In this document: positions 51,537 through 60,797 of the stretch, piece by piece
How the letters are laid out: each line of letters begins with the position of its first letter
Position numbering within the stretch: the first letter of the stretch is position 1
Source of the DNA: a bacterium
Lineage (GTDB): Bacteria > Electryoneota > JAOADG01
DNA length: 64,000 nt
Assembly (NCBI GenBank): GCA_963681965.1
Contig: OY820579.1
Span: 2,816,001 to 2,880,000, forward strand
Direction: 5' to 3'
Translations under genes and position numbers: made by a program
The notes under the pieces: model-generated
What the model saw: only the letters and a program-made list of their open reading frames with translations
What the model was told of the DNA's origin: nothing
The model's database searches: none

Positions 51537-52565
51537 TTAAATAGTCGATATCCGACTCCCCACCACATTCACCGCACTTCTTAAATCCTCTACTCCCATG
51601 TGAGCGTAGTATTTCTCGGTAACGACTACCGAGGAGTGTCCCAGCACCTTGGAAGCGTGGTAGAGACTAACGCCATTGCGAACCATGATCGAAGCACAGG
51701 TATGGCGTAATGTGTGGAAATGGACTTTCTCGGAAAACCCAAGCTTCCGACACCATTTCTTGAAGGCGTGGGTAACCCAAGTCCCTTTGAGTGGGTGCGA
51801 TCCATCCTGAGTAAAGATATACTCACAGGTCTTAGGAAGCTGCTCCAGCATTTTCACTACTGTGGATGAAACCGGAATACAGCGAGCCTTCCCCGACTTA
51901 GATTCATGAATTGTTAACAAACCACGTACCGAGTCAAAATCGCTCCACGTTAGCCTACAAAGCTCATTCCTGCGTAAACCAGTATGAACTGCCATGATTA
52001 CTAACGAACGCAGCCATGAGTCACTGATCGAGTTTATGAGCTGTTCTACATCGTTCTCGGATAATGCCACAGTATCGCTAGGAACCTTGATCAGGTTCTT
52101 TCCTGAGATCGGTACTTCCTGCAACAGTCCCCACCGCTTGGCTTGAAAGAAGGCACTCCGTAGCGTTCGAAGTTCGATATTCACTGTCACGGGTTTGACT
52201 TCTGACATTCTTACGCTTTTAAAACGATCAATTAGGAGTTGATTGATAGAAGCAATGGGGATATCCCCAAGTACTCTGATCATATTCTTGAGCGTCCATC
52301 GCATTAAATCGGTTGATCCACAGGTATGGTTTGAGCTAGACCACATAAGACAGTCTTTAGCAAACGCCGATAACAAACACTGATCACTGTGTTTTATCGT
52401 GGTGGGTGTTTTAGTAGGTTTCTTTAGTTTCTGAAGTTTGAAGTCGATAAGGAACTTCTGTGCATCCACTTTGTTTGTCATACCAGTGGATTTCCAGCGA
52501 ATATGTCCCTTTTCAGAAATCTTCAGATACCAGATTGAGCCACGTAGGAAAAGAGAAAACGGCAT
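51537..52565 (-). CDS. Tyrosine recombinase/integrase
   Basis: Catalytic set TGLRRNEL (R), SKSG (K), HTLRH, LGH, YYAH (Y); N-terminal arm-binding-like segment. Confidence 0.95.
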   Translation of the reverse strand: MPFSLFLRGSIWYLKISEKGHIRWKSTGMTNKVDAQKFLIDFKLQKLKKPTKTPTTIKHSDQCLLSAFAKDCLMWSSSNHTCGSTDLMRWTLKNMIRVLGDIPIASINQLLIDRFKSVRMSEVKPVTVNIELRTLRSAFFQAKRWGLLQEVPISGKNLIKVPSDTVALSENDVEQLINSISDSWLRSLVIMAVHTGLRRNELCRLTWSDFDSVRGLLTIHESKSGKARCIPVSSTVVKMLEQLPKTCEYIFTQDGSHPLKGTWVTHAFKKWCRKLGFSEKVHFHTLRHTCASIMVRNGVSLYHASKVLGHSSVVVTEKYYAHMGVEDLRSAVNVVGSRISTI

Positions 52566-52640
52566 TGAAAACTCCTTTCAGAGATTCAATACCGTTAGCA
52601 GTATTGTGGGTAAAGTGTTAGCACCTCACCCCTACAAGTG

Positions 52641-52714
52641 TCGGGACGACTGGATTTGAACCAGCGACCCCTAGACCCCCAGTCTAGTGCGCTACCAGGC
52701 TGCGCCACGTCCCG
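52641..52714 (-). tRNA. tRNA-Pro(GGG)
   Basis: CGGGACG acceptor stem, D-arm GCGCAGCCTGGTAGCGC, anticodon arm CTAGA-CTGGGGG-TCTAG, T-loop GGTTCAAATCC; CCA not encoded. Confidence 0.97.
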
Positions 52715-53011
52715 TTGTGTTTCAAAATATTTCAATCCAATTCAGCATCTGCGATTGACCATCAAAAGGTATAAAAGCAAGACTGTTTGGGTTTGGACAT
52801 TTTGAACAGATTTCACTGCTTAATCAACCCATTTTATTAGCAGTTTCATTAGCAATTACAACACGTCAACAAATTCGCTAATGGCAGGTTAAACATGCCT
52901 TTCACAGCATCACTGTATAGTTACTGCTGTCAGGAATTCACGAATTTTATTAGCAACTGCATCGTGCAAGATACATTCTTTAACCTTATTAGTCAAGTTT
53001 CTACTGTAGTA

Positions 53012-53048
53012 CTAGGTTTCGCTGGTTCAAATCCAGTCGTCCCGACAC
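53012..53048 (+). repeat. Inverted third copy of the tRNA-Pro 3' att core
   Basis: TCGCTGGTTCAAATCCAGTCGTCCCGACAC (53019-53048) is the exact reverse complement of 52638-52667; CTAGG match extends to 53012 with 2 mismatches. Confidence 0.9.
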
Positions 53049-53194
53049 ATAACAGGGGGAAACAATGCCCCCACCTGTGAAATGGTTTGTGCTATGAACA
53101 ATCAACGAATGATCGGAAAATAGGATTTACTTGACACAAGGTTATAATGTCAAACAATATACTAACACGTCTGTAAAAAAACACCAATCTTCTT

Positions 53195-54070
53195 CTACTG
53201 ATGCGTAGCATCATGCGGAGCATACACGAACTTGATAGAACTGAAAGCTTTGTCAATGGTACGTTGCCTGTAGTCTAGTCGTCGTACAACCTTTTCCCTT
53301 CTACCCAACAACGATTGTTGCAACCATATTCGTTCGACTTGATGCTTGTCTAGACAATGGCGCGCGACCATCGAAACAAAAGCAAGATCGCACCTGGAAT
53401 GATCATTATCATAATCAGAACAATCCCCATTTAACAACTTTGAAAACCGTTCCCCAAACCGATACAGCACAGCTTCAATAACAACACGATCTTCACAGCA
53501 AACAGGACATTCACGATCATTAGTCCATGATTGAACCACTGGAAGTGCTGGTTGATTGCTGATTATGTCGTGCAACTGTTCTTCACAATCCTGGATCATT
53601 AGGGGATATTGATGAAGAAATCTACCTGTCAGTGCAATGAAGCGGGATGTGTTGTAGACTTCGATTGATTGATCGGTAGATAGTTGTATGCGCCGATTGA
53701 TCTTGGTCTTGGTGGTTCGGATAAATGTGTGCAATCCCTTTCCTGATTGCGATACTTCAGTGTATGATTGCAGGTTTTGAATAATGCCTTTGACCCATTG
53801 GTTAATCTTATTGCCCGCATCGATTACATGATCGAAATCTATGGCAGTGAATGGATCGTGTTGGGTTAAGACAAACCCTATTCCATCGTACTTCTGCTTC
53901 ACAAATGTTGCAACACAATCGTGATAACTTGACCATGTTGATGGGTCGTTAATGCGCGCAACATGCCCCGTTACTTGGTAGGGTAACTTCGCTAATCGGG
54001 TTGAAGTTTGTACCAGTTTCCATAGCACAAACTGGTTGAATAACTTCAATTCATCTGGTATTGTAAACAT
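53195..54070 (-). CDS. NrS-1-like primase-polymerase (AEP plus helix bundle, no helicase)
   Basis: IPDEL..NQFVLWK, DPSTW, GIGFVL, IDFDH, YTEVSQSGKGLH, IEVY..RFIALTG, HSRCDLA; GAAAGGA RBS. Confidence 0.8.
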   Translation of the reverse strand: MFTIPDELKLFNQFVLWKLVQTSTRLAKLPYQVTGHVARINDPSTWSSYHDCVATFVKQKYDGIGFVLTQHDPFTAIDFDHVIDAGNKINQWVKGIIQNLQSYTEVSQSGKGLHTFIRTTKTKINRRIQLSTDQSIEVYNTSRFIALTGRFLHQYPLMIQDCEEQLHDIISNQPALPVVQSWTNDRECPVCCEDRVVIEAVLYRFGERFSKLLNGDCSDYDNDHSRCDLAFVSMVARHCLDKHQVERIWLQQSLLGRREKVVRRLDYRQRTIDKAFSSIKFVYAPHDATHQ

Positions 54071-54147
54071 GGCGTTCCTTTCATGAAATGCCCCACAACT
54101 TGTTGCTGTGGGGCTTGCTATCTTCGACTTAACCGAACAACATCGCA

Positions 54148-54660
54148 CTAATCCAATGCAGTTGTAACGAATTCTTCATCTTCGGCAAGTTCCAATAACT
54201 TGCTGAATGTGTTGTTGCGAATTTCATCCAACCACAGCTTTTGTGCTGCCATTAAGATGTCACTACCTGTTGGTTTATCTGCCAACAACCCTTGGTCAAA
54301 CGCTACATCGATATAGCCGACATACCTGCAATCGGATGCCAACCAGTGGGTTAAATTGCTGATGTAACAATTGGGTTCGCATTCCAATAAAATGTCGCGC
54401 ATATCATCTTCATCACTGTCTTCATCCATATCGCAGATATCGGATAAAGTCGAATTCAGTTCTTCGTACACTGCATCATCGGGCAAATATTCACCATCAT
54501 TATGCGCTGCGAAGCAAACATCACGCATCCATTCAGGTGCGTTATCAGCCAAGCAATAAAATTGTTCCCCACTATTTCGGGTGCGTCGTTCCATCATCTC
54601 ATACATCATTTTTGCTAGCTTAATGATCCGCTGTTCTGTGCTTAGTTCGGTGGTTTCCAT
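54148..54660 (-). CDS. Acidic protein resembling T7 Ocr (gp0.3) DNA mimic
   Basis: 40 D/E vs about 13 K/R in 170 aa; C-terminal half aligns by eye to Ocr. Confidence 0.55.
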   Translation of the reverse strand: METTELSTEQRIIKLAKMMYEMMERRTRNSGEQFYCLADNAPEWMRDVCFAAHNDGEYLPDDAVYEELNSTLSDICDMDEDSDEDDMRDILLECEPNCYISNLTHWLASDCRYVGYIDVAFDQGLLADKPTGSDILMAAQKLWLDEIRNNTFSKLLELAEDEEFVTTALD

Positions 54661-54753
54661 GTTAATTCCTTTCAGTTGGTCTAAAACGAAGAAAACCCGT
54701 ATCGCGCATTGCGAACGGGTTGATGGGTTAATGAATAATTCAAATATTTGGGA

Positions 54754-55611
54754 TTAGTAGTCGACCATTACATCGACTGCAAGCTTTCCTTTCAAGCACA
54801 TCGGACAACATGCTTCCAGATATGTATCAAGATTATGCGGTTGCAATAATTTGATAACACCAGAACGCTTTGAATGCCCTGTAAAGGCATCTATTTCTTG
54901 TAGATCGGGAACATTACCACGTTCACCACGAAGGCTTCCTGACCAACTGTAACCCCCATTTTCAGTATCCCAACATGCTTCACATTCACTGCAATAAATC
55001 GATGCGTTCGATAAACCCAGCAGGAAGCTATCAGGTGCGTCGTAACGATCCATTTTAAAGAATGCGGGATAACTGAAACCCCAGCGTGCATCGCATCCGA
55101 CATGGACTTGTAGTCCGAAGATTGCTTCACGGTCGTTACGGGAAGCACCAAACGGCTTGACAAAATAAATGCCATACACGATGTCATTGTGCAGGTGACA
55201 TTGCCCACCCATATTGTAAGTGTACCCACTGGCATAGACATCCACTTCCTGATCAGGAAACTGCAATTCCACAAATTCATTCATCAAATCGGTACTACCA
55301 CTGAAGGTTAATTGCTGTTCATCGCAAGCTGATTGTAATGGTTCGTGAATACCATCGATAAACGCTTCGATGTACTTCAGGGTGTTGACCTGGTAGTTGA
55401 CGTGGACACTTTTATCATGGGCACCACGGTTGTGGGTAACCCATTCCTGTTTCAGTACAAATGGCTGCTTGTCTAATCCCAGGCGTTTGTTGTAATCTGA
55501 TGAATAACCATACGCCCCACCACTGTCGATTATGTTTCGCCCACGCGATGTTGTAAATAGTGTAAGCAGCAATGATCGCGATGACAGTGCGGCTTCGGTT
55601 AATAGTTCCAT
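54754..55611 (-). CDS. Phage-type hypothetical protein (DSGGAYG / QxHxGCDxRxG motifs, C-terminal CxxC pairs)
   Basis: AAAGGGA RBS before ATG 55611; motifs IIDSGGAYG, YTYN, LQVHVGCDARWG, CSEC, CPMC. Confidence 0.65.
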   Translation of the reverse strand: MELLTEAALSSRSLLLTLFTTSRGRNIIDSGGAYGYSSDYNKRLGLDKQPFVLKQEWVTHNRGAHDKSVHVNYQVNTLKYIEAFIDGIHEPLQSACDEQQLTFSGSTDLMNEFVELQFPDQEVDVYASGYTYNMGGQCHLHNDIVYGIYFVKPFGASRNDREAIFGLQVHVGCDARWGFSYPAFFKMDRYDAPDSFLLGLSNASIYCSECEACWDTENGGYSWSGSLRGERGNVPDLQEIDAFTGHSKRSGVIKLLQPHNLDTYLEACCPMCLKGKLAVDVMVDY

Positions 55612-55693
55612 ATTGATCCCTTTGAAGGGGCTAAAATGACAAAAGCCCCTGTCGCGCGAAGCGAAGGGGCTGTGAATTGATTGACACAAATCA

Positions 55694-56035
55694 TTACATC
55701 AGTTCAATGTATTGATGTGCCTGATCTAGATGTTCCAGTAGTTCCGATCGAATAATGCGGGTAACAAAGTTGTCTAACTGTTCAGTAGTGCGCCACAATG
55801 TTATGGCTGCTTCCAAGTGTCGTTGTGCTTCATGGCGATTGCCTTCGATCGTTAGTGTGACATCTTCGATTAACGCACCACAACAATCGCAACAAGGGAC
55901 ATAATCCCATTCACCCTGACCTTCCAGAATGACATTAACTTCATCATCCATGCATTCAATCCCGTCGGGCAAACAGTCAGCACTACAATAGACAGCACCA
56001 TCGAACGTGTACCCGATCACTTCACCGAATGACAT
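55694..56035 (-). CDS. Small acidic Cys-rich phage-type hypothetical protein
   Basis: GAAAGGA RBS before ATG 56035; GYTFDGAVYCSADC and CCDCCG; about 20% D/E. Confidence 0.65.
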   Translation of the reverse strand: MSFGEVIGYTFDGAVYCSADCLPDGIECMDDEVNVILEGQGEWDYVPCCDCCGALIEDVTLTIEGNRHEAQRHLEAAITLWRTTEQLDNFVTRIIRSELLEHLDQAHQYIELM

Positions 56036-56341
56036 ATCTTTTCCTTTCCATAGTGAACCAAGGGTTCGGTTCCTGTTGGGCAAACCTTTCTGGTTTGCGT
56101 GCAGGTAGAAAAAGAAAAAGCCCCTGGTTGGGGCTGTTCATCGTGTCAAGTAGTGATAATGTTCCCTAGAACCTTATGGCGGGGCTCGGAACGTTTTCTA
56201 GAATTTGTTCCAACACTTCAAACCTGGTCTTGACTATTGATCAATTGGATCGACCTGTTAAAGGGATCGATTAATTCTATGGGGGTGGTGGAAGGTAGTT
56301 AAATGAAATACAAGAAGGCTTTACATATTATCGTGATCCCT

Positions 56342-58036
56342 TTATCTGCTTAATATGATATCTTCATGAATAGTGCTATCTTCATAATCAGTTGCATTAT
56401 TAAATGCATCACGTGAATATTGTTTATCTTTCATATAGTTATTGCTTATCGCGTCTGCTTGCTTTTTACAAGCCCCGACCCCATGACCACAATTTGCTAA
56501 CTGTACATCATGACTACCATCCATATGAAGGGAATTATTCCCAAAGCCTCTTGTTTCAATTTCATTGTTAAGATGAATTGAATATTGCGGATGATCGATC
56601 ATCGTTACAGTATGCTTTTTCTGTTTACTGTTCATCGGTTTAATTGCTACTTGAAACGTAAATCTTCTATGTTGGTTCTGGTTCTTCCGATCCTGTTCAA
56701 TGACTTTAAGCTGGTAGACTTTCCAACCAGCACGAATATTCTTTATGAACTGACTGTTGCAAATCGGTATACTGAATGCGATATATCGTTCCCCTTTGAT
56801 CCCCAATAAGTCGCGCATCAGGATATGAACAATCGCTTTCTTTTTATGCACAAATTCAACGGTAGTGTATACTGAATACGTACTATAAACATCACGTTCA
56901 GAAGCATCCGCACAATTCAACAATAAATGTTGATCGCGTCTTACTTCAGTCAATTTCTTCCGCTTATCGAATGCATTCAGTAGATGTCGATTACGATTAC
57001 TTTTGATAACTGACTGCCATTCACCTTTCTGGTAGGTGTCTTCAACTTGTTCGAAGTATCTGTGTAATTCTGAAGTTGTTTTGAATGCAGTTGTTGATAA
57101 ATTCCGCTTCTGTTGAAACATGGTTCGGTATTCATCAATCGTAAGAAAAGTCGGAATACTTACTTGTTTCCGAATAAAATGCTTAATGCCAAAATGCGAA
57201 TAGATTGCAGTTGAATATGTCAATGATTGTTCAGATAGATCAAATCCTGTATGTGTCTTATTGTTCACTTCAATGATCGTTTTTCTTACTTTTCGATGTT
57301 CATTGTTCAAGATGATCCGATCCAATTCACCCTTTGTAACGGTAGCTACTTTACTACCATTATTGCTTGCTTTTGTCGAACTATGGTTGTTACTTTTCTT
57401 CGTCTGCTGTACGGTAGCTTTCTTAACACTAGAACCACTTTCATACCGACCTGAATTTGCTTTCACGATCTTCAAAATCGTTTCAGCTTTATTTAAACAA
57501 TCGTATTCTAACTGATCGTTATCCTTCCCAAAGAAGGGGGCGTATATCGCTGCTGGCAAGCCTTCTTGCTTTTTGGGAAATATGTCTAGACCTAGTTCAT
57601 ACGCATCTGGGACAATTGCACAAATGACATCACGCAACTGATTTGCATCAATCGAACTATCAATCAAAAACCAAAGATGAATACCTAGTCCAGATCGTGA
57701 ATGAACTTCCAGATATTTCAATCCAAGCTGATCCGCAGATTGTTTACTAGCATTAAGTGTCCCGTCAAAATCTGCTAATCCTTTGGAATGACAGCTTGAA
57801 TGATCGAAATCAATCGCAAACCAATTCGACTTGCCTAATTTATCCGCACTACGAAACCCTATCCGACATTTGCCTGCAAGATGTGATTTTACCGCTTCAT
57901 CAATTAGAAAACCAGGAATTTTGCAGTCTGTGGTTCCCATTTTTTTCGTCTTGGGATCACGACTAGTTTCCTTGATAATGCTACCAAGGAACTTTGAATT
58001 CTGCGAAATGTGTTGAAGGATTTCTACTGATTTCAT
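56342..58036 (-). CDS. AEP primase of TOTE-like type fused to an unknown basic C-terminal region
   Basis: HLAG..IG, WFAIDFD, SRSGLGIHLWF, DIFPKKQ motifs in the first ~170 aa. Confidence 0.65.
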   Translation of the reverse strand: MKSVEILQHISQNSKFLGSIIKETSRDPKTKKMGTTDCKIPGFLIDEAVKSHLAGKCRIGFRSADKLGKSNWFAIDFDHSSCHSKGLADFDGTLNASKQSADQLGLKYLEVHSRSGLGIHLWFLIDSSIDANQLRDVICAIVPDAYELGLDIFPKKQEGLPAAIYAPFFGKDNDQLEYDCLNKAETILKIVKANSGRYESGSSVKKATVQQTKKSNNHSSTKASNNGSKVATVTKGELDRIILNNEHRKVRKTIIEVNNKTHTGFDLSEQSLTYSTAIYSHFGIKHFIRKQVSIPTFLTIDEYRTMFQQKRNLSTTAFKTTSELHRYFEQVEDTYQKGEWQSVIKSNRNRHLLNAFDKRKKLTEVRRDQHLLLNCADASERDVYSTYSVYTTVEFVHKKKAIVHILMRDLLGIKGERYIAFSIPICNSQFIKNIRAGWKVYQLKVIEQDRKNQNQHRRFTFQVAIKPMNSKQKKHTVTMIDHPQYSIHLNNEIETRGFGNNSLHMDGSHDVQLANCGHGVGACKKQADAISNNYMKDKQYSRDAFNNATDYEDSTIHEDIILSR

Positions 58037-58485
58037 TTGCCATACCTAATTGAAAAACGACTAACATGTAGTCACAATCGCGATACGACAGAAATGAATA
58101 TTGTTATAGTTTTGTTTCAGCAGTTGCTTTGGGAATGGTTGTGCAGCATTTGTGGGGGTTGATTTCTTTCAGGTTCTTTCAACCAAGAACTTGATCGAAC
58201 TTAGCACACTTTCAAGTAGGTGATTATTCATGCCCCATTGGGCATGAACTAATCGAAGTAATGCGATTGCATCTGTACGCGAATGATTGATGCATTATTT
58301 CTTCTGAAGCTGAATTCAAAAATACGACTTCAAATACACATTAATTGCTAACTTCTTAAATATTATGCATTAATATTAATTCAACCATTAAGATACGCAT
58401 TTATATCACATTAAATCAATAAGATAATACATTGCGATTATTACAAAGACCCATGATTGCATAAACGACTTTGGACACTGCCTAC

Positions 58486-58571
58486 TTTTTTCTTTCTTTT
58501 CTTTCTTTATATATTTCTTTCTTTTCTTTCTTTTTCTTTTGGGAAAAAGAAAGAAAAGTTCTTTAAAGAAC
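58486..58571. repeat. Polypyrimidine tract with 16-bp perfect inverted repeat and 14-bp palindrome
   Basis: CTTTTCTTTCTTTTTC-N6-GAAAAAGAAAGAAAAG (58521-58558); GTTCTTTAAAGAAC (58558-58571). Confidence 0.75.
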
Positions 58572-58968
58572 TTCAAAGAACAACTGTACGAATTAATAAT
58601 AACTTAAGAAATTATTCATCTACTTGTTATCTGAATACTACCTTCCCATCATTGACAACTTCTTATTAATTAAAGATATTCATCAATTTCATTGTCTGGT
58701 TGCGAATACTTGTCCATCAAATCTTCGCGATTTGACCAGGGTATTCAAATCAGAATACCGTTATTTGCGTCAAAAAGACACCGCCAAGACAATTAGTTTG
58801 CTTACGTGATATATTTTAAGGGCAAGCATAAAAAACGTCTTAGGATGTCATGTTGCGAATAAAAGTAATCTTTTGGGGATCACATTTTTGGTATAATCTG
58901 TTCAAGCAATACACTATCCCTGTAATTAACAATAAGATAAGTATAAGAAAACAATAAAATGTCAGATG

Positions 58969-60417
58969 CTACTGGTTCAATTCATCCACAATGCCCCTGA
59001 ATTGTTCCAAAGCTGCTTCCAGATTTTCAGCAATATCCAAGGCTAGCACATCGGGATCAGGTAGGTTTGCACTGTCTTCAATGCTATCATCTTTCAACCA
59101 GAAGATATCTAAGCTGGCTTTGTCGCGTTGGATCAGTTCTTCGTAAGTGAAGGAATGATAGCGTTCGGTTTCAGTTCGTTCATGTCGGTTGGCAGGATTG
59201 TAACACTTCACAAAATCTTGCAGACTATCCAATGACATCTGGTTCGTTTTCAGTGTGAAATGCTGATTGGTGCGAAGATCATAAATCCACAATTTCTTTG
59301 TCCAAGGCGTTTCGCTGGCAGGTTTGTTGTCCATGAACAACACATTCGCTTTCACACCTTGCGCATAAAATATTCCTGTCGGTAGGCGTAACAACGTGTG
59401 TACATCGCACGCTTTCAGTAGCTTTCGTCGGATTGTTTCCCCCGCCCCACCTTCAAACAACACGTTATCGGGCACCACAATCGCTGCCCTACCTGTCACT
59501 TTCAACAGTGTTCGAACGTGCTGCAGGAAATTCAACTGTTTGTTTGAAGTAGTTGCCGAAAAGTCTTGGCGTTTGTAAGTGATCGTTTCGCGATCAGCTT
59601 TCCCTTCTTCATTGACAATCGTGATGCTGCTTTTCTTTCCAAATGGTGGATTTGTCATAACGATATCATAGTAGGTCTTCGGTTCCGACAGCAGACTATC
59701 ACGTACTTCGATCAAACTGTCTTCGCCACCGACACCATGAAGGAACAAATTCATCACACATAATCGACCAACATTGTCGACAATATCGCATCCTGAAAAC
59801 GTTTCCAACTTCAAAAACGTCTTCTGGTCGCGATCCATCTGATATTGATGCGATAAGTAATCGTGTGCGGCAAGGAAGAAACCGCCCGTACCACAAGCAG
59901 GATCGTGAATGGTTTGCAAGGGTTTCGGGTTCATCACTTCGACAATCGCTTTGATCAAACTGCGCGGGGTAAAATACTGACCTGCGCCACCCTTCACGTC
60001 TTCCGCATTCTTCTGCAACAACCCTTCGTAGATTTCACCTTTGATATCGATATCCATACCCAACCACGTTTCACCATTGATCAATTCGATCAACCGTTTC
60101 AGTTTGGCGGGGTCTTGGATGCGGTTCTGTGCTTTCTTAAAAATGATACCCAATGCGCCCGACATCTTTCCCAGTTCGGACAAGGTATGTCGGTATTGTA
60201 CTTCCAAAGCATCACCATCGGGTTTGCATAACGCTTGCCAATCAATCCCTTCGGGGATTGGGGATACATGCTTCAGTTGCTTGGTTTCATCTGCCATTTT
60301 CAGGAATAGCAGGAAGGTCAACTGTTCTACATAATCTCCATAGCTTACACCATCGTCACGCAAGACACTGCAATAGTTCCAAAGTCGCTGTACGATTGTC
60401 GCTGCTTCGTTAGCCAT
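58969..60417 (-). CDS. hsdM: Type I restriction-modification methyltransferase
   Basis: GQYFTPR, DPACGTGGF, NPPFG, VLFEGG, LRLPTGIFYAQGV; TAATG overlap with upstream gene. Confidence 0.96.
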   Translation of the reverse strand: MANEAATIVQRLWNYCSVLRDDGVSYGDYVEQLTFLLFLKMADETKQLKHVSPIPEGIDWQALCKPDGDALEVQYRHTLSELGKMSGALGIIFKKAQNRIQDPAKLKRLIELINGETWLGMDIDIKGEIYEGLLQKNAEDVKGGAGQYFTPRSLIKAIVEVMNPKPLQTIHDPACGTGGFFLAAHDYLSHQYQMDRDQKTFLKLETFSGCDIVDNVGRLCVMNLFLHGVGGEDSLIEVRDSLLSEPKTYYDIVMTNPPFGKKSSITIVNEEGKADRETITYKRQDFSATTSNKQLNFLQHVRTLLKVTGRAAIVVPDNVLFEGGAGETIRRKLLKACDVHTLLRLPTGIFYAQGVKANVLFMDNKPASETPWTKKLWIYDLRTNQHFTLKTNQMSLDSLQDFVKCYNPANRHERTETERYHSFTYEELIQRDKASLDIFWLKDDSIEDSANLPDPDVLALDIAENLEAALEQFRGIVDELNQ

Positions 60418-60797
60418 TATATTTTGTCCCACTTGTCGATGTAACGTTGAAACTTTGGAAGTACTTCACCATGTATATCGCGAAGGACTACATTAAATCT
60501 ACCATTAGCTGCTACATGATTATTTATCAAGCTTAGCAAGCGTCTAGTTTTTATGATGACCCATTGGTCTGTGTCTTGGAAGTAGAACACACAAATATCA
60601 TGATTGGTTGATTGAAGTTGAAAAGGATAGTTCGGTCTTTGGCGGTTACTGTACCTTTTCACTTCAATCTTCAGGAACTTACCTTTGCCATTATTAACTA
60701 ATAAATCGCAATGGTCGTTACATACAGGCGTGTAAACTGAAAAGCCACGACTTCCAAATTCTGATGCTGCTAAAGCTTCTGACCAATCGCTAGGCAT
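60417..60797 (-). CDS. Small PD-(D/E)XK nuclease-like protein between hsdS and hsdM
   Basis: SEALA..GF.V..P..D.CDLLV..KIEVK pattern; overlaps both neighbours. Confidence 0.65.
   Translation of the reverse strand: MPSDWSEALAASEFGSRGFSVYTPVCNDHCDLLVNNGKGKFLKIEVKRYSNRQRPNYPFQLQSTNHDICVFYFQDTDQWVIIKTRRLLSLINNHVAANGRFNVVLRDIHGEVLPKFQRYIDKWDKI

Larger units (their letters stand above)
47316..52687. mobile_element. 5.4-kb integrative islet in tRNA-Pro(GGG)
   Basis: 50-bp direct repeats, intact tyrosine integrase next to the tRNA, ACCGTTAGCA arm-like motifs inside both ends. Confidence 0.9.

Noticed and set aside
52895-53080. 61-aa ORF over the inverted att core
   Set aside because: Its GSNPVVPT segment is simply the translated tRNA T-arm; no RBS
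54694-55671. Hairpins as integron attC sites
   Set aside because: Only 28 bp, no consistent RYYYAAC/GTTRRRY boxes, and the integrase does not look like IntI
58201-58228. CIRCE/HrcA operator suggested by TTAGCAC here and near 29052
   Set aside because: Second half-site GAGTGCTAA absent; not upstream of the heat-shock genes
58457-58809. Two short + strand ORFs
   Set aside because: Low-complexity translations of the polypyrimidine/AT-rich tract
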